From Candidatus Woesearchaeota archaeon (lineage in GTDB: Archaea > Nanobdellota > Nanobdellia > SCGC-AAA011-G17 > GW2011-AR20): a stretch of DNA of 64,000 nt. The stretch covers positions 2,235-66,234 of the forward strand of contig JAGVZQ010000001.1 in the NCBI GenBank assembly GCA_018302465.1. The letters are read 5' to 3'. The first letter of the stretch is position 1, and every line of letters begins with the position of its first letter. Shown here in pieces: positions 63,967-64,000 of the stretch. The notes beneath the pieces are model-generated. The model ran no database searches and had not been told where the DNA came from. It was given only the letters and a program-made list of their open reading frames with translations. The position numbers and the translations under genes were made by a program.

Positions 63967-64000
63967 TTCCGGGTCATGTTTTATTAATTCTGCAAAATCT

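Noticed and set aside
1-64000. CRISPR arrays, rRNA or tRNA genes
   Set aside because: No regularly spaced direct repeats of 25-40 bp, no rRNA-like conserved stretches and no tRNA-like GC-rich 70-90 nt islands were seen in intergenic regions. The intergenic spacers are short (mostly <80 bp) and AT-rich.

Overview
This window looks like an AT-rich (~30% GC), lysine-rich, tightly packed archaeal genome segment. Topoisomerase VI, an archaeal-type MCM, aIF1A, aIF2-beta and three inteins point to a small-genome or DPANN-like archaeon. It has three blocks. (1) 1-6 kb: assorted small genes (nucleotidyltransferase, wHTH regulator, NUDIX-fold protein, M32 carboxypeptidase, DUF4349- and DUF1704-like proteins). 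(2) ~6-50.7 kb: a ~45 kb cell-surface glycan / lipid-linked oligosaccharide island. It encodes GT2 x7, GT4 x5, GT9 x2, tandem GT-C (PMT_2-like) x2, two Wzx-like flippases, an AglH-like phosphoglycosyltransferase, WecB, GalE, two SDR epimerases, a carbamoyltransferase, two SAM methyltransferases and a heptose-type sugar kinase fused to a cupin. It also carries an unusual set of radical SAM enzymes: five cobalamin-binding class-B radical SAM paralogs plus one SPASM radical SAM. MgtE, QueC, an eIF5A-N-domain-like miniprotein, gene fragments (GmhB N-terminus, VapC C-terminus) and a compositionally atypical gene with a decayed 3' duplicate also lie in this block. (3) 50.8-64 kb: an information-processing block (Top6A/Top6B, KH protein, aIF1A, aIF2-beta, DUF424, RPA32-like OB protein, MCM). 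Top6B carries two LAGLIDADG inteins and MCM carries one. I found no tRNA, rRNA or CRISPR array.
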